From assembly GCA_017560085.1 (NCBI GenBank), contig JAFYPA010000083.1:14517-78516 (forward strand): DNA of 64,000 nucleotides, written 5' to 3'. Made by a program: the position numbers and the translations under genes. Position 1 is the first letter of the stretch. Each line of letters starts with the position of its first letter. The notes under the pieces are model-generated. The model ran no database searches. It was given only the letters and a program-made list of their open reading frames with translations, and had not been told where the DNA came from. Source of the DNA: Clostridia bacterium. Lineage in GTDB: Bacteria; Bacillota; Clostridia; Oscillospirales; CAG-382. Of this stretch, positions 27,574 to 36,366 are shown one piece after another.

Positions 27574-28425
27574 TTATTCGTCCTGAATTGAGCGAAGAAG
27601 CTCAAGCTCCTCGCGGGTCAGAAGCCTTGTGGTCATATCCCTTGTGCTCTTTTCCTTTTCCGCACAGACCACCACACGAAGCTCGGGGTAAGCGGTTGTA
27701 TCAAGGAACGCCACGGGAATGGGCTTGTCCGTAATAAGAATATCTATATCCGCAAGACGGCAGAAGGTGTAGGGAAGATTCTTGTCAAGCTTTGAGGTAT
27801 CCATAAGCATAATAACCGTCTTTGCCTTCTTGACAATAAAATTCTTAAGCTCGCTTTCCGCATAGTTTCCGCATGAAAAGCCGTTATTCTGCGAATATCC
27901 CGAGGGACCGATAAAGGCAATGTCAATGTTTATATCCGACAGAAAATCAATAGCCATACTGCCCGTAACGCTGATACTCTCACGGTTTACGATACCGCCG
28001 ACAAGATTTATAATCGGGTGCTGCTTTTTTGCAAGCTCAAGAGCAATATTCGGGCCCGGAGTGGTGATGTTCATATGCTCGTCGGGAATCATTTCCGCAA
28101 GTCGCATAACCGTAGTACCCGAGTCAAAGAAGTAGGACTTCCCCTTTTCTATAAATTCAAGTGCCTTTGAAGCTATGGCAAGCTTTGAGCTGTAGTTTTC
28201 CTTTTCTCTTTCGGCATAGCCGTCGTCGGAGGTTGAGTTTATGAACTTCATGGAGCGCGCACCACCGCGCACCTTTATAAGCTCGCCCTGCTTTTCAAAA
28301 TATTCAATGTCACGGCGGAGCGTCATGCCCGTAACATCGGGAAATCTTTCCTCAAGCTCCTTTAAGGAAATAAAGGGCTGCGACTGTATAAGTTCTGCAA
28401 TAATCTGTCTTCTTGCGGCCTTCAT
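27574..28425 (-). CDS. DeoR/GlpR-family transcriptional regulator
   Basis: N-terminal DeoR HTH (ISLKELEERFPDVTGMTLRRDIEYFEKQG) and a C-terminal sugar-phosphate sensor domain. Confidence 0.8.
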   Translation of the reverse strand: MKAARRQIIAELIQSQPFISLKELEERFPDVTGMTLRRDIEYFEKQGELIKVRGGARSMKFINSTSDDGYAEREKENYSSKLAIASKALEFIEKGKSYFFDSGTTVMRLAEMIPDEHMNITTPGPNIALELAKKQHPIINLVGGIVNRESISVTGSMAIDFLSDINIDIAFIGPSGYSQNNGFSCGNYAESELKNFIVKKAKTVIMLMDTSKLDKNLPYTFCRLADIDILITDKPIPVAFLDTTAYPELRVVVCAEKEKSTRDMTTRLLTREELELLRSIQDE

Positions 28426-28814
28426 GGTAATATCCTTTCTGTGTATTCCGCATTTTTTGAAAATCGAAAAACGGATATCGGTGCAATATTCTGTCGCTTT
28501 TGCACCTCGCGACTCTATTCTATCACCAAAAAGTTAACTTGTCAAGTCGAAAATAGCAAATTGTTACAATATATCAAAAAGCGGTGTGTTATTTTTGGTT
28601 AATATGACTAACAAATGTTTATTGCTGCAAAACAGAACAAAAGCCGTTCCGATACAAAAACAAAGCCGAAGCGAGTAATTTTTGGCGGATGGCTTGTACT
28701 GCCAGAGTGCCCGAATATATAGGTAAACCTCGGAATTTTTGCGGATTCGTCCGTGATTTCGGTATTGTTCACACAAAGTTTAAATATAATGTTCCCTTTT
28801 TCCCACATAAGTAC

Positions 28815-28843
28815 TTGCATTTTGGAAGAAAATGTATTAAAAT
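28815..28843 (+). promoter_or_regulatory. putative pfkA promoter
   Basis: TTGCAT (28815-28820), 17-nt spacer, TAAAAT (28838-28843). Confidence 0.35.
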
Positions 28844-28928
28844 ATATAGGAATAAGCATTATTCAATATTGTTAAAAAAATATCAATATATATCAGCATA
28901 GAAAATCCCATGCGGAAAGGAATCTAAA

Positions 28929-29999
28929 ATGGAAAAGAAGATATTTAAAAGAATAGGCGTGCTTACCTCCGGCGGCGACGCTCCCGGTATGAATGCGGCG
29001 GTAAGAAGCGTTGTAAGAACAGCACTCAAGAACGGCGTTGAGGTTGTTGGCATAAAGGGTGGCTACAGAGGACTTCTCGAGAATGATATGCAGATTCTCG
29101 GACCGCACGACGTTTCCAACGTTATCAATGAGGGCGGTACATTCCTTTATACGGACAGATGCCTTGAGTTCAAGGAAGAATCCGGCATGCAGAAGGCTCT
29201 CAAGGTTGCTGCAGAGCAGGGCCTTGACGGTATCGTATGTATCGGTGGCGACGGCACGTTCAGAGGTGCTCAGGACCTTTCCAGAAGAGGAGTTCCCTGC
29301 ATAGGCATCACAGGTACAATCGACAACGATGTATCCTCCTCCGACTACACCGTTGGCTTTGATACAGCTATGAACACGGTTGTTGAAATGGTTGACAGAC
29401 TCAGAGATACCTGCGAATCCCACGCACGCTGCAACGTAGTTGAGGTTATGGGCAGAGATGCAGGCTATATCGCAGTAAACACAGCAATCGCAACAGGCGC
29501 AACAGGCTGTGCCGTTAAGGAGCTTCCCTTTGACGAGGATGCACTTATCGAAAAGATTAAGCTCGCAAAGACATACGGCAAGCGCAACTTCATCGTTATC
29601 GTTTCCGAGGGTATGCCCGACGGCTTCGGCGAAGCGCTCGCAAAGAAGATTCAGGCTGAAACAGAGGTTGAAACAAAGTTCGCAAGACTCGCACATGTTC
29701 AGAGAGGCGGCCGTCCCACACTTCGCGACAGAGTAAGTGCAAGCAAGATGGGCGAGCACGCAGTTCAGCTTCTTCTCGACGGCAAGTCCAACCTTGTTGT
29801 TGTTGAAAGAGAAGGCAAGATAGTTTCAAGAGACATCGAATGGGCTCTTATGTACGATAAGGTATACAAGGGAAAGGCAAAGCCCGAGGATATCGCAAAG
29901 CTCGATCCCAAGGTATACGAGGGAATGGTTGAGCTTGCAAACGCAAAGCACGCAGAATTCGAGGATCTCTACAGACTCGCAAACAGCATTTCCATCTGA
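28929..29999 (+). CDS. pfkA: ATP-dependent 6-phosphofructokinase with a C-terminal extension of about 35 aa
   Basis: GVLTSGGDAPGMNAAVR, IGGDGTFRGA and GTIDND. The Gly before TIDND indicates the ATP-dependent type. Confidence 0.95.
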   Translation: MEKKIFKRIGVLTSGGDAPGMNAAVRSVVRTALKNGVEVVGIKGGYRGLLENDMQILGPHDVSNVINEGGTFLYTDRCLEFKEESGMQKALKVAAEQGLDGIVCIGGDGTFRGAQDLSRRGVPCIGITGTIDNDVSSSDYTVGFDTAMNTVVEMVDRLRDTCESHARCNVVEVMGRDAGYIAVNTAIATGATGCAVKELPFDEDALIEKIKLAKTYGKRNFIVIVSEGMPDGFGEALAKKIQAETEVETKFARLAHVQRGGRPTLRDRVSASKMGEHAVQLLLDGKSNLVVVEREGKIVSRDIEWALMYDKVYKGKAKPEDIAKLDPKVYEGMVELANAKHAEFEDLYRLANSISI

Positions 30000-30021
30000 T
30001 TTCAATTTAAAGAATATAAAC

Positions 30022-30062
30022 CGACAGTCGGGCATTTTGCTCGGCTGTCGTTGTTGTTTTAT
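30022..30062 (+). terminator. intrinsic terminator after pfkA
   Basis: 12-bp stem CGACAGTCGGGC/GCTCGGCTGTCG (two G-U pairs), ATTTT loop, then TTGTTGTTTTATT. Confidence 0.6.
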
Positions 30063-30167
30063 TAAAGACAGTATGCCTTCGGATAACAAAAATACTAAAG
30101 ATTTCAAAATATTGTGCATAAATTGTCAAAATTAACTATTATTTAACTAAAAAAATTGAATTTACTA

Positions 30168-30196
30168 TTGAAATTTTACTAAAAATAGTGTATAAT
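30168..30196 (+). promoter_or_regulatory. putative glycogen-operon promoter
   Basis: TTGAAA (30168-30173), 17-nt spacer, TATAAT (30191-30196). Confidence 0.45.
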
Positions 30197-30257
30197 AGGT
30201 ATAAGGTAAGTTATTTTTGCCTTGAAAGCTGAAATTTATCCCTTGAAAGGAAATTTT

Positions 30258-31232
30258 ATGACACCAAAGACTAACGGTTCTTTCGGCATTCCGCCCGGAA
30301 TTCCCGTTTATCAGTATCTGGGAGCACACCCGAAAAAGCATTCGGACGGTAGCGGAAGCTACACCTTCCGGGTGTACGCCCCGAATGCCGACAGAGTTTC
30401 ACTGTGTGCGGATTTCTGCGGCTGGGAGGATGGAATCCCGATGAAGCGGGACGACCTCGGAATATGGGAGGTCACCGCGGAAAATGTCCGTGTATACGAT
30501 TGCTACAAATATAAAATAACACGGAACGGACAAAGCGTTTACAAGGCAGACCCATTCGCGCTCCACACGGAAACTCCGCCGAAAACCGCCTCCAAGATAT
30601 ACGAGCTTCCCGAGGCTTCCTTCGATGAAAGCCCCTTCGAAAAGCGGAAGTATGCGGTCGGTGCGGACTCAAAAATTTATAAGGTGAATCTTGAATTGTG
30701 GAGCAAAAAATCGGACGGCAACCCCTACAGCTACCGTGAGGCGGCGTGTATGCTTGCACCCTTCATAAAGCAGAACGGATATACCCACATCGAAATCGAC
30801 CCGATTTGCGAGTATTTTGAGCAGACCTCGTATTTCGGAAGCTTTACAAGCGGTCTCTTCGCCCCGACCTCAAGATTCGGCACTCCGCAGGATTTTGCGG
30901 ATATGGTCGGCTACCTCCGAAACGCGGGAATCGGTGTAATCCTTCGGCTTCCCTTTGAGGAAATATCAAGATGTGAGCACGGACCTTACCGCTTTGACGG
31001 AACGGCTCTCCTTGAGGAGTCGGACGGTGCACGGCTTTGCGTCGGGAATGAATTTACCTCGCAGCTTCTCATTGCCTGTGCGGACTTCTGGATAAGACGG
31101 TACGGAATAGACGGAATTCGGATTATGCGAAGAACGGCGGATTCCTCGGACGAATGCTTCCTCGAACGGCTTTCGGAGTATATGGCAGGGACACATCCCG
31201 ATATATTCGTTTCGGCTTGCGGTACGGAATAA
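30258..31232 (+). CDS. truncated, catalytically degenerate homolog of 1,4-alpha-glucan branching enzyme (CBM48 N-terminus retained)
   Basis: The N-terminal half aligns with GlgB (YQYLGAHP...FRVYAPNADRVSLCADF...YKYKI...KADPFA). Catalytic region I reads VILRLPFEEI where DWVPGHF is expected, and region II reads GIRIMRR where GFRVDAV is expected. The ORF stops before regions III/IV. Start taken at ATG 30258. Confidence 0.7.
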   Translation: MTPKTNGSFGIPPGIPVYQYLGAHPKKHSDGSGSYTFRVYAPNADRVSLCADFCGWEDGIPMKRDDLGIWEVTAENVRVYDCYKYKITRNGQSVYKADPFALHTETPPKTASKIYELPEASFDESPFEKRKYAVGADSKIYKVNLELWSKKSDGNPYSYREAACMLAPFIKQNGYTHIEIDPICEYFEQTSYFGSFTSGLFAPTSRFGTPQDFADMVGYLRNAGIGVILRLPFEEISRCEHGPYRFDGTALLEESDGARLCVGNEFTSQLLIACADFWIRRYGIDGIRIMRRTADSSDECFLERLSEYMAGTHPDIFVSACGTE

Positions 31233-31368
31233 ATCCTCGTGGGAATTCATAGAATTATATATTGTATTTTGCATTTTAAAACAAAGCACTTGAGCCCTCT
31301 GCGGTGATTTCCGCACGGGTGAAACATAAAAATAAATACCTTCGGGTATAAGACAGGAGTAATGTTAA

Positions 31369-32553
31369 ATGTTCAGAAAAAAGGAATGTGTGGCTATGCT
31401 TCTTGCGGGCGGTCAGGGCAGCAGACTCTACGCTCTCACTTCAAAGGTTGCAAAGCCTGCGGTACAGTTCGGCGGTAAGTACAGAATTATCGACTTCCCC
31501 CTTTCAAACTGTATAAACTCGGGTATTGACACGGTTGGCGTGCTTACACAGTATCAGCCTCTCGTGCTTAACGAATACATCGGCAACGGACTTCCCTGGG
31601 ATCTTGACAGATATTTCGGCGGTGCGTCCATTCTTCCCCCTTATCAGGGCAAGGAGCGTTCGGACTGGTACAAGGGTACAGCCAATGCCATCTATCAGAA
31701 TCTTGAATTTATCGACAAGTTCGACCCCGACTATGTGCTTATTCTCTCGGGTGACCACATTTATAAGATGGACTACTCGAAGATGCTCGAATACCACAAG
31801 GAAAACAATGCCGCCTGCACAATCGCGGTTCTCGATGTTCCGCTTGAGGAGGCATCAAGATTCGGTATTATGAGCGTAAACGAGGACGGCTCAATTTATA
31901 AGTTTACCGAAAAGCCCAAGGAGCCCGACAGCACAAAGGCTTCGATGGGTATCTATATCTTCTCCAAGGACAAGCTTTTCGACTACCTCAGAGCAGATAA
32001 CAAGAATCCCGATTCCTGCAACGACTTCGGTAAGAACATCATCCCCGAAATGCTGAAGAACGGCGAAAGGATGATGGCTTACGAATTCTCCGGCTACTGG
32101 AAGGACGTCGGAACGATTTCCAGCCTCTGGGAAGCCAATATGGACCTTGTGGGCAAGAACGCCACCTTCGACCTTTCCGACGAGGGCTGGAGAATCTACT
32201 CAAGAACGGAAAGCAGACCGCCTCAGTTCCTCGGTGCGGAAGCAAAGGTGGACAACTCCATTCTTACAGAGGGCTGTGAGGTTTACGGTGAGGTTAAAAA
32301 CTCCGTTCTCGGATCGGGCGTAAAGGTTGCAAAGGGCGCAGTTGTCGTGGATTCCGTTATTATGTCTGACGTTGAAATCGAAGAGGGTGCGGTTGTAAAT
32401 TACTGTATCATCGACAGCTACACAAAGGTCGGCAAGAACGCAAAGCTCGGCAAGGTCAAGGACGAAGCCGCAGGCGTTACCGTTATCGGCGAAAAGTGCA
32501 TTGTCCCCGAGGGAACCGTTATCGGCGACAACGAAATGATAACGGAAATATGA
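31369..32553 (+). CDS. glgC: glucose-1-phosphate adenylyltransferase, catalytic subunit
   Basis: [43 protein letters not shown] and a C-terminal left-handed beta-helix. Confidence 0.95.
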   Translation: MFRKKECVAMLLAGGQGSRLYALTSKVAKPAVQFGGKYRIIDFPLSNCINSGIDTVGVLTQYQPLVLNEYIGNGLPWDLDRYFGGASILPPYQGKERSDWYKGTANAIYQNLEFIDKFDPDYVLILSGDHIYKMDYSKMLEYHKENNAACTIAVLDVPLEEASRFGIMSVNEDGSIYKFTEKPKEPDSTKASMGIYIFSKDKLFDYLRADNKNPDSCNDFGKNIIPEMLKNGERMMAYEFSGYWKDVGTISSLWEANMDLVGKNATFDLSDEGWRIYSRTESRPPQFLGAEAKVDNSILTEGCEVYGEVKNSVLGSGVKVAKGAVVVDSVIMSDVEIEEGAVVNYCIIDSYTKVGKNAKLGKVKDEAAGVTVIGEKCIVPEGTVIGDNEMITEI

Positions 32554-32571
32554 AAGAGAGGGTGAAGTAAA

Positions 32572-33705
32572 ATGACAGTCGTAGGACTTATATTTTCAAA
32601 CGTATATGACAGAAACATCTCCGAAATGACACGCAAGAGAACAATGGCAAGCGTACCCTTCGGATGCAGATACAGACTTATTGACTTTGCTCTTTCCAAT
32701 ATGGTAAACTCGGGAATAGACAAGGTTGGTATCGTAACACACTATAACTATCAGTCCCTTCTCGACCACATCGGAAACGGTAAGGACTGGGACCTTGCAA
32801 GACGCTCGGGCGGTATCAAGATTCTTCCTCCCTTCATTACGGCGTATGACAGCAATGTTGCAAACAAGCTCTATTCCACAAGACTTGAGGCAATGATTGG
32901 TATAAACAACTTTATAAACCGCTGCACGGAGGACTATGTTGTTCTTTCCGACTGCGATATTATCTGCAACATCAACCTTTCAAAGGTTATAAAGCAGCAC
33001 GAGGAAAGCGGTGCGGATCTTACCGTAGTAACAAAGAAGATGTTCCTCACGGACGACGATGCGGGCAAGCACACCATTATCGAATCGGATGATGAGGGCT
33101 ATGCATCCAATGTATATGTAAGCACATCCAACACAATCGGAATCAATCCCATCTCCACAAACATCTACGTTATCAAGAGAACAACCCTTCAGGGACTTCT
33201 TCTTGAGGCGCTTGCACACGGCTACAAGTCCTTCACGCTTGATGTTCTTACGGTTCTTGCAAAGAAGAGACTGGTTAAGTGCTACGAATTTGACGGCTAC
33301 TATGCATACGTTCATTCCCTTGCGGGCTATTTCTCCACGAGTATGCAGCTTCTTGACCCCAATGTCCGTGCAGGTCTTTTCGGCATAAAGCACAGACCCG
33401 TTATGACAAAGGTGCGTAACTCCGCTCCCACAAAGTACACGGACGGCGCTGTGGTTAACAACTCCCTTATCGCCGACGGCTGTGTAATTGAGGGTGAGGT
33501 AATCGACTCAATCCTCTTCAGAGGCGTAAAGGTTGGCAAGGGTACTGTTATCAAGAACTGTATTCTTCTTCAGGACACATACATCGGTGAAAACTGCAAT
33601 CTCAACTGTGTAATTACGGATAAGAATGTAGTTATCAAGGACGGAAGAAATCTTTCGGGACACGAGTCGATGCCGTTCTTTATTGAGAAAGGGGCAAGAG
33701 TTTAA
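32572..33705 (+). CDS. glgD: glucose-1-phosphate adenylyltransferase, GlgD regulatory subunit
   Basis: Paralog of glgC lacking the GGxGxRL loop (FSNVYDRNISEMTRKRTMASVPFGCRYRLIDFALSNMVNSG). Position immediately after glgC. Confidence 0.9.
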   Translation: MTVVGLIFSNVYDRNISEMTRKRTMASVPFGCRYRLIDFALSNMVNSGIDKVGIVTHYNYQSLLDHIGNGKDWDLARRSGGIKILPPFITAYDSNVANKLYSTRLEAMIGINNFINRCTEDYVVLSDCDIICNINLSKVIKQHEESGADLTVVTKKMFLTDDDAGKHTIIESDDEGYASNVYVSTSNTIGINPISTNIYVIKRTTLQGLLLEALAHGYKSFTLDVLTVLAKKRLVKCYEFDGYYAYVHSLAGYFSTSMQLLDPNVRAGLFGIKHRPVMTKVRNSAPTKYTDGAVVNNSLIADGCVIEGEVIDSILFRGVKVGKGTVIKNCILLQDTYIGENCNLNCVITDKNVVIKDGRNLSGHESMPFFIEKGARV

Positions 33706-33741
33706 AAAAGAATGCATAATGCATAATGCATAATGCATAAT
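33654..33741 (+). repeat. direct repeat DR1 (glgD 3' end, stop codon, A-run and (AATGCAT)4AAT array)
   Basis: 55 nt (33654-33708) are identical to 34038-34092. The array 33711-33741 is identical to the left arm of cassette B. Confidence 0.9.
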
Positions 33742-33819
33742 TAAGACCGCTTGCGGTCGGAGGATTGCTTCTCGATCTTCGTTTGATTGAATTTTAATCA
33801 GAGGAAAGGACGTGATTGG

Positions 33820-34089
33820 ATGAAAAATCTTAAGCTGTTTTTCTCGGCGCTTACGGTTGCGTTTGGGATTCTGGGCTTGACTAAGGCTCTTTCGACAGAT
33901 GTTTCGATGCCGATAATGTTTGTGTGTCTGGCAACGACTATGTTTATTACGTCCAAAGAATACAAGGATAACAATCAAAAAAGGACGGCGGTTTATTTTC
34001 TGCTGTTGGGGGTGTTCCTTGTGGCGGTAACCGTATATTCGGGACACGAGTCGATGCCGTTCTTTATTGAGAAAGGGGCAAGAGTTTAA
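33820..34089 (+). CDS. small 3-TM membrane protein (DUF3953-like) whose last 16 codons are a copy of the glgD 3' end
   Basis: 89 aa with a GAGGAAAGGA RBS. The C-terminus SGHESMPFFIEKGARV is identical to the GlgD C-terminus because of DR2. Confidence 0.5.
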   Translation: MKNLKLFFSALTVAFGILGLTKALSTDVSMPIMFVCLATTMFITSKEYKDNNQKRTAVYFLLLGVFLVAVTVYSGHESMPFFIEKGARV

Positions 34090-34110
34090 AAAGAATGCAT
34101 AATGCATAAT
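34038..34110 (+). repeat. direct repeat DR2 (second copy of the glgD 3' end plus (AATGCAT)2AAT)
   Basis: Identical to DR1 over 55 nt, 384 bp downstream. One A fewer in the A-run and two fewer heptamers. The following CTTCGTTTAATTAAA resembles 33776-33792. Confidence 0.9.
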
Positions 34111-34163
34111 CTTCGTTTAATTAAAACTCCTTGTTTTTGGAGATTAAAAAAGGAGGATATACA

Positions 34164-34727
34164 ATGAATGTTTTTGTAGGCTTGATGGCTTTGCTGATTG
34201 GCTTTGCGAGCGGTAATATGATTGCAGGACAGAATGGAACCGTTGAAGATGTTTACGAATATGAAGAGGTATCCGAATTTGAAATGAGGGTCGTTCCAAG
34301 TGAGGATGAGGTGGATGCAAATCCCCGAAACAGCTTTGGACAGTTTTTCGGCTTTGAGCTTCCCGAGGGGGCTGTGATTGAAAATTACGATTACTCCATA
34401 TCGGGAAACGAACCGAATTATTGTGCCGTTATATCCTGTGATGACAAGGCACTTGCGGAATTGACCGCACAACTGGATGGCTTATATTCTGCTATAAGTG
34501 CGGAGGATGCCGAAGAAGAGGAATTGTGCCGTGAATATTTTGCAGAGCGGGTAGAGTGGTGGAAGCTTAAGGAGCTTTCGCAGGATGTTATGATATATGA
34601 AAGCTTCGAGCGTCATTATGTCAGCGACTGTAAGTGCCTTGCATCCCGTTATGTATATATTACAACCGCTACGGACGGAACAAAAACTGTATATGCGGTG
34701 CGTGCCGCACATATTGATGAGGATTGA
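34164..34727 (+). CDS. hypothetical N-terminally anchored or secreted acidic protein
   Basis: AGGAGG RBS 8 nt upstream of ATG 34164. N-terminal hydrophobic segment MNVFVGLMALLIGFASG. No family recognised. Confidence 0.55.
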   Translation: MNVFVGLMALLIGFASGNMIAGQNGTVEDVYEYEEVSEFEMRVVPSEDEVDANPRNSFGQFFGFELPEGAVIENYDYSISGNEPNYCAVISCDDKALAELTAQLDGLYSAISAEDAEEEELCREYFAERVEWWKLKELSQDVMIYESFERHYVSDCKCLASRYVYITTATDGTKTVYAVRAAHIDED

Positions 34728-34771
34728 ATATTCTGCGTTGCAGATATAATCTGTATGAAAGGAACAAAATA

Positions 34772-36211
34772 ATGAAAAAAATACTTTTCGTAGGAGCGGA
34801 AGCTCTTCCCTTTGCCGCAACGGGCGGTCTTGGTGATGTGCTCGGGTCTCTCCCCAAGGCTCTTTCCGATATGGCGGGAGATGAGGCTGATATCAGAGTG
34901 GTAATGCCGCTTTATGATAAAATTTCCGATAAATATAAAAATGAAATGAAGTTTGTCTGCTCGTTCACCGTGCCGCTTTCATGGAGAAATCTCTACTGCG
35001 GCGTGAAATCCCTTGAGGTGGGCGGTGTGACCTACTACTTTATTGACAACGAATTCTACTTCAAGCGCGGTCCTCTTTACGGTCACTACGATGACGGCGA
35101 AAGATATGCGTACTTCTGCAAGGCTGTGCTTATTATGATGTCGCAGATTGATTTCTACCCCGACATTCTCCACGCACACGACTGGCAGGCGGCTCTTTCC
35201 GTCATTTACGCAAAGAGAAAATTCGCATCCCTTCCCGGATATTGCGGTATGAAAACCGTGTTTACCATTCATAATATCGAATATCAGGGCAAATATGATT
35301 TCGCTATTCTTGGCGACGTTTTTGACCTTGACGAGACCGACAGAAACACAATGGAATACGGCGACTGCATAAATCTTATGAAGGGCGCAATCCAGTGTGC
35401 GGATGCGGTTACAACAGTAAGTCCCAGATATGCGGACGAAATAAAGACTCAGGATTATTCCCACGGTCTGCATTATATCCTTCGTGAAAACGAATATAAG
35501 CTCTTCGGTATTCTCAACGGTATCGACACCGAGCTTTACAACGCAAAGACAGACCCCACAATAGCATACAACTTCACGGACAGAAGCCTTGCAAAGAAGA
35601 CCGCAAACAAGAATGCACTTCAGAAGGAAATCGGTCTTCCCGAAAGAGCGGATGCTCCCATGTATGCAATCATCACCCGTCTTGCATCACACAAGGGTAT
35701 TGACCTTGTTAAGTGCATTATAGGCGAATTTGTGGGTGGCAACGATGTTCAGCTTGTTGTTCTCGGTACGGGTGACAAGGAATACGAAGGCTTCTTCCTT
35801 GAGCTTGAGGACGCATTCCCCGACAAGGTGCGTGCGCTTATCACCTATGACAGAGACCTTGCAAAGAGAATCTATGCCTCCGCAGATATGTTTATTATGC
35901 CCTCCAAGAGCGAGCCCTGCGGACTTGCACAGATGATTGCATCCCGTTACGGCACTATTCCGATAGTCCGTGAAACAGGCGGTCTTTACGACTCCATAAA
36001 GCCCTACTGGGAGGACGGCAAGAAGGCATACGGCAACGGCTTCACATTTGCCAACTACAATGCCCACGAGCTTCTTGACAGACTCTATGCCGCACTTGAG
36101 CTTTACAGAGATAATACCAAGTGGTCGAAATTGGTCAGAGTGGCAATGAAAACAGATTTTTCGTGGGATATTTCGGCACAAAAGTATCTTGAAATGTACG
36201 GCAATTTATGA
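34772..36211 (+). CDS. glgA: glycogen synthase (ADP-glucose type, GT5)
   Basis: MKKILFVGAEALPFAATGGLGDV N-terminus with the KTGGL-type motif. Start moved to Met17 of the ORF track. Confidence 0.95.
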   Translation: MKKILFVGAEALPFAATGGLGDVLGSLPKALSDMAGDEADIRVVMPLYDKISDKYKNEMKFVCSFTVPLSWRNLYCGVKSLEVGGVTYYFIDNEFYFKRGPLYGHYDDGERYAYFCKAVLIMMSQIDFYPDILHAHDWQAALSVIYAKRKFASLPGYCGMKTVFTIHNIEYQGKYDFAILGDVFDLDETDRNTMEYGDCINLMKGAIQCADAVTTVSPRYADEIKTQDYSHGLHYILRENEYKLFGILNGIDTELYNAKTDPTIAYNFTDRSLAKKTANKNALQKEIGLPERADAPMYAIITRLASHKGIDLVKCIIGEFVGGNDVQLVVLGTGDKEYEGFFLELEDAFPDKVRALITYDRDLAKRIYASADMFIMPSKSEPCGLAQMIASRYGTIPIVRETGGLYDSIKPYWEDGKKAYGNGFTFANYNAHELLDRLYAALELYRDNTKWSKLVRVAMKTDFSWDISAQKYLEMYGNL

Positions 36212-36366
36212 TATAATATATTATTATACGTGTTTTAATTGAATTTTTGTTAAAAAGACGGTAAGTTGACATTTTTGTTTTCTGCCGTCTTTGATTGATG
36301 AAAGGGAACTGCATTTTTGCATAGTCATCTTTAAAACACGGAAATCAAAAATGAATGGAGATTTAT

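Noticed and set aside
28893-29759. 288-aa minus-strand ORF
   Set aside because: It is antisense to pfkA and is a shadow ORF.
30222-31232. Treating the short glgB homolog as a simple truncation by the window or by assembly
   Set aside because: The gene lies in the middle of the window with an in-frame stop, an intact downstream glgC RBS and substituted (not frameshifted) catalytic motifs. The degeneration is therefore in the sequence itself.
33508-34107. 199-aa minus-strand ORF beginning MHYAFFLNS and containing MHYALCIMH
   Set aside because: It runs antisense across the glgD end, both direct repeats and the heptamer arrays. The MHYALCI peptide is simply the reverse-strand reading of (AATGCAT)n and recurs wherever the repeat occurs.
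36212-36366. Possible terminator or attenuator between glgA and glgP (AAGACGG...CCGTCTT)
   Set aside because: The loop is about 23 nt and the downstream T-tract is weak (TTTGATT). This is insufficient to call a terminator, although partial read-through control cannot be excluded.
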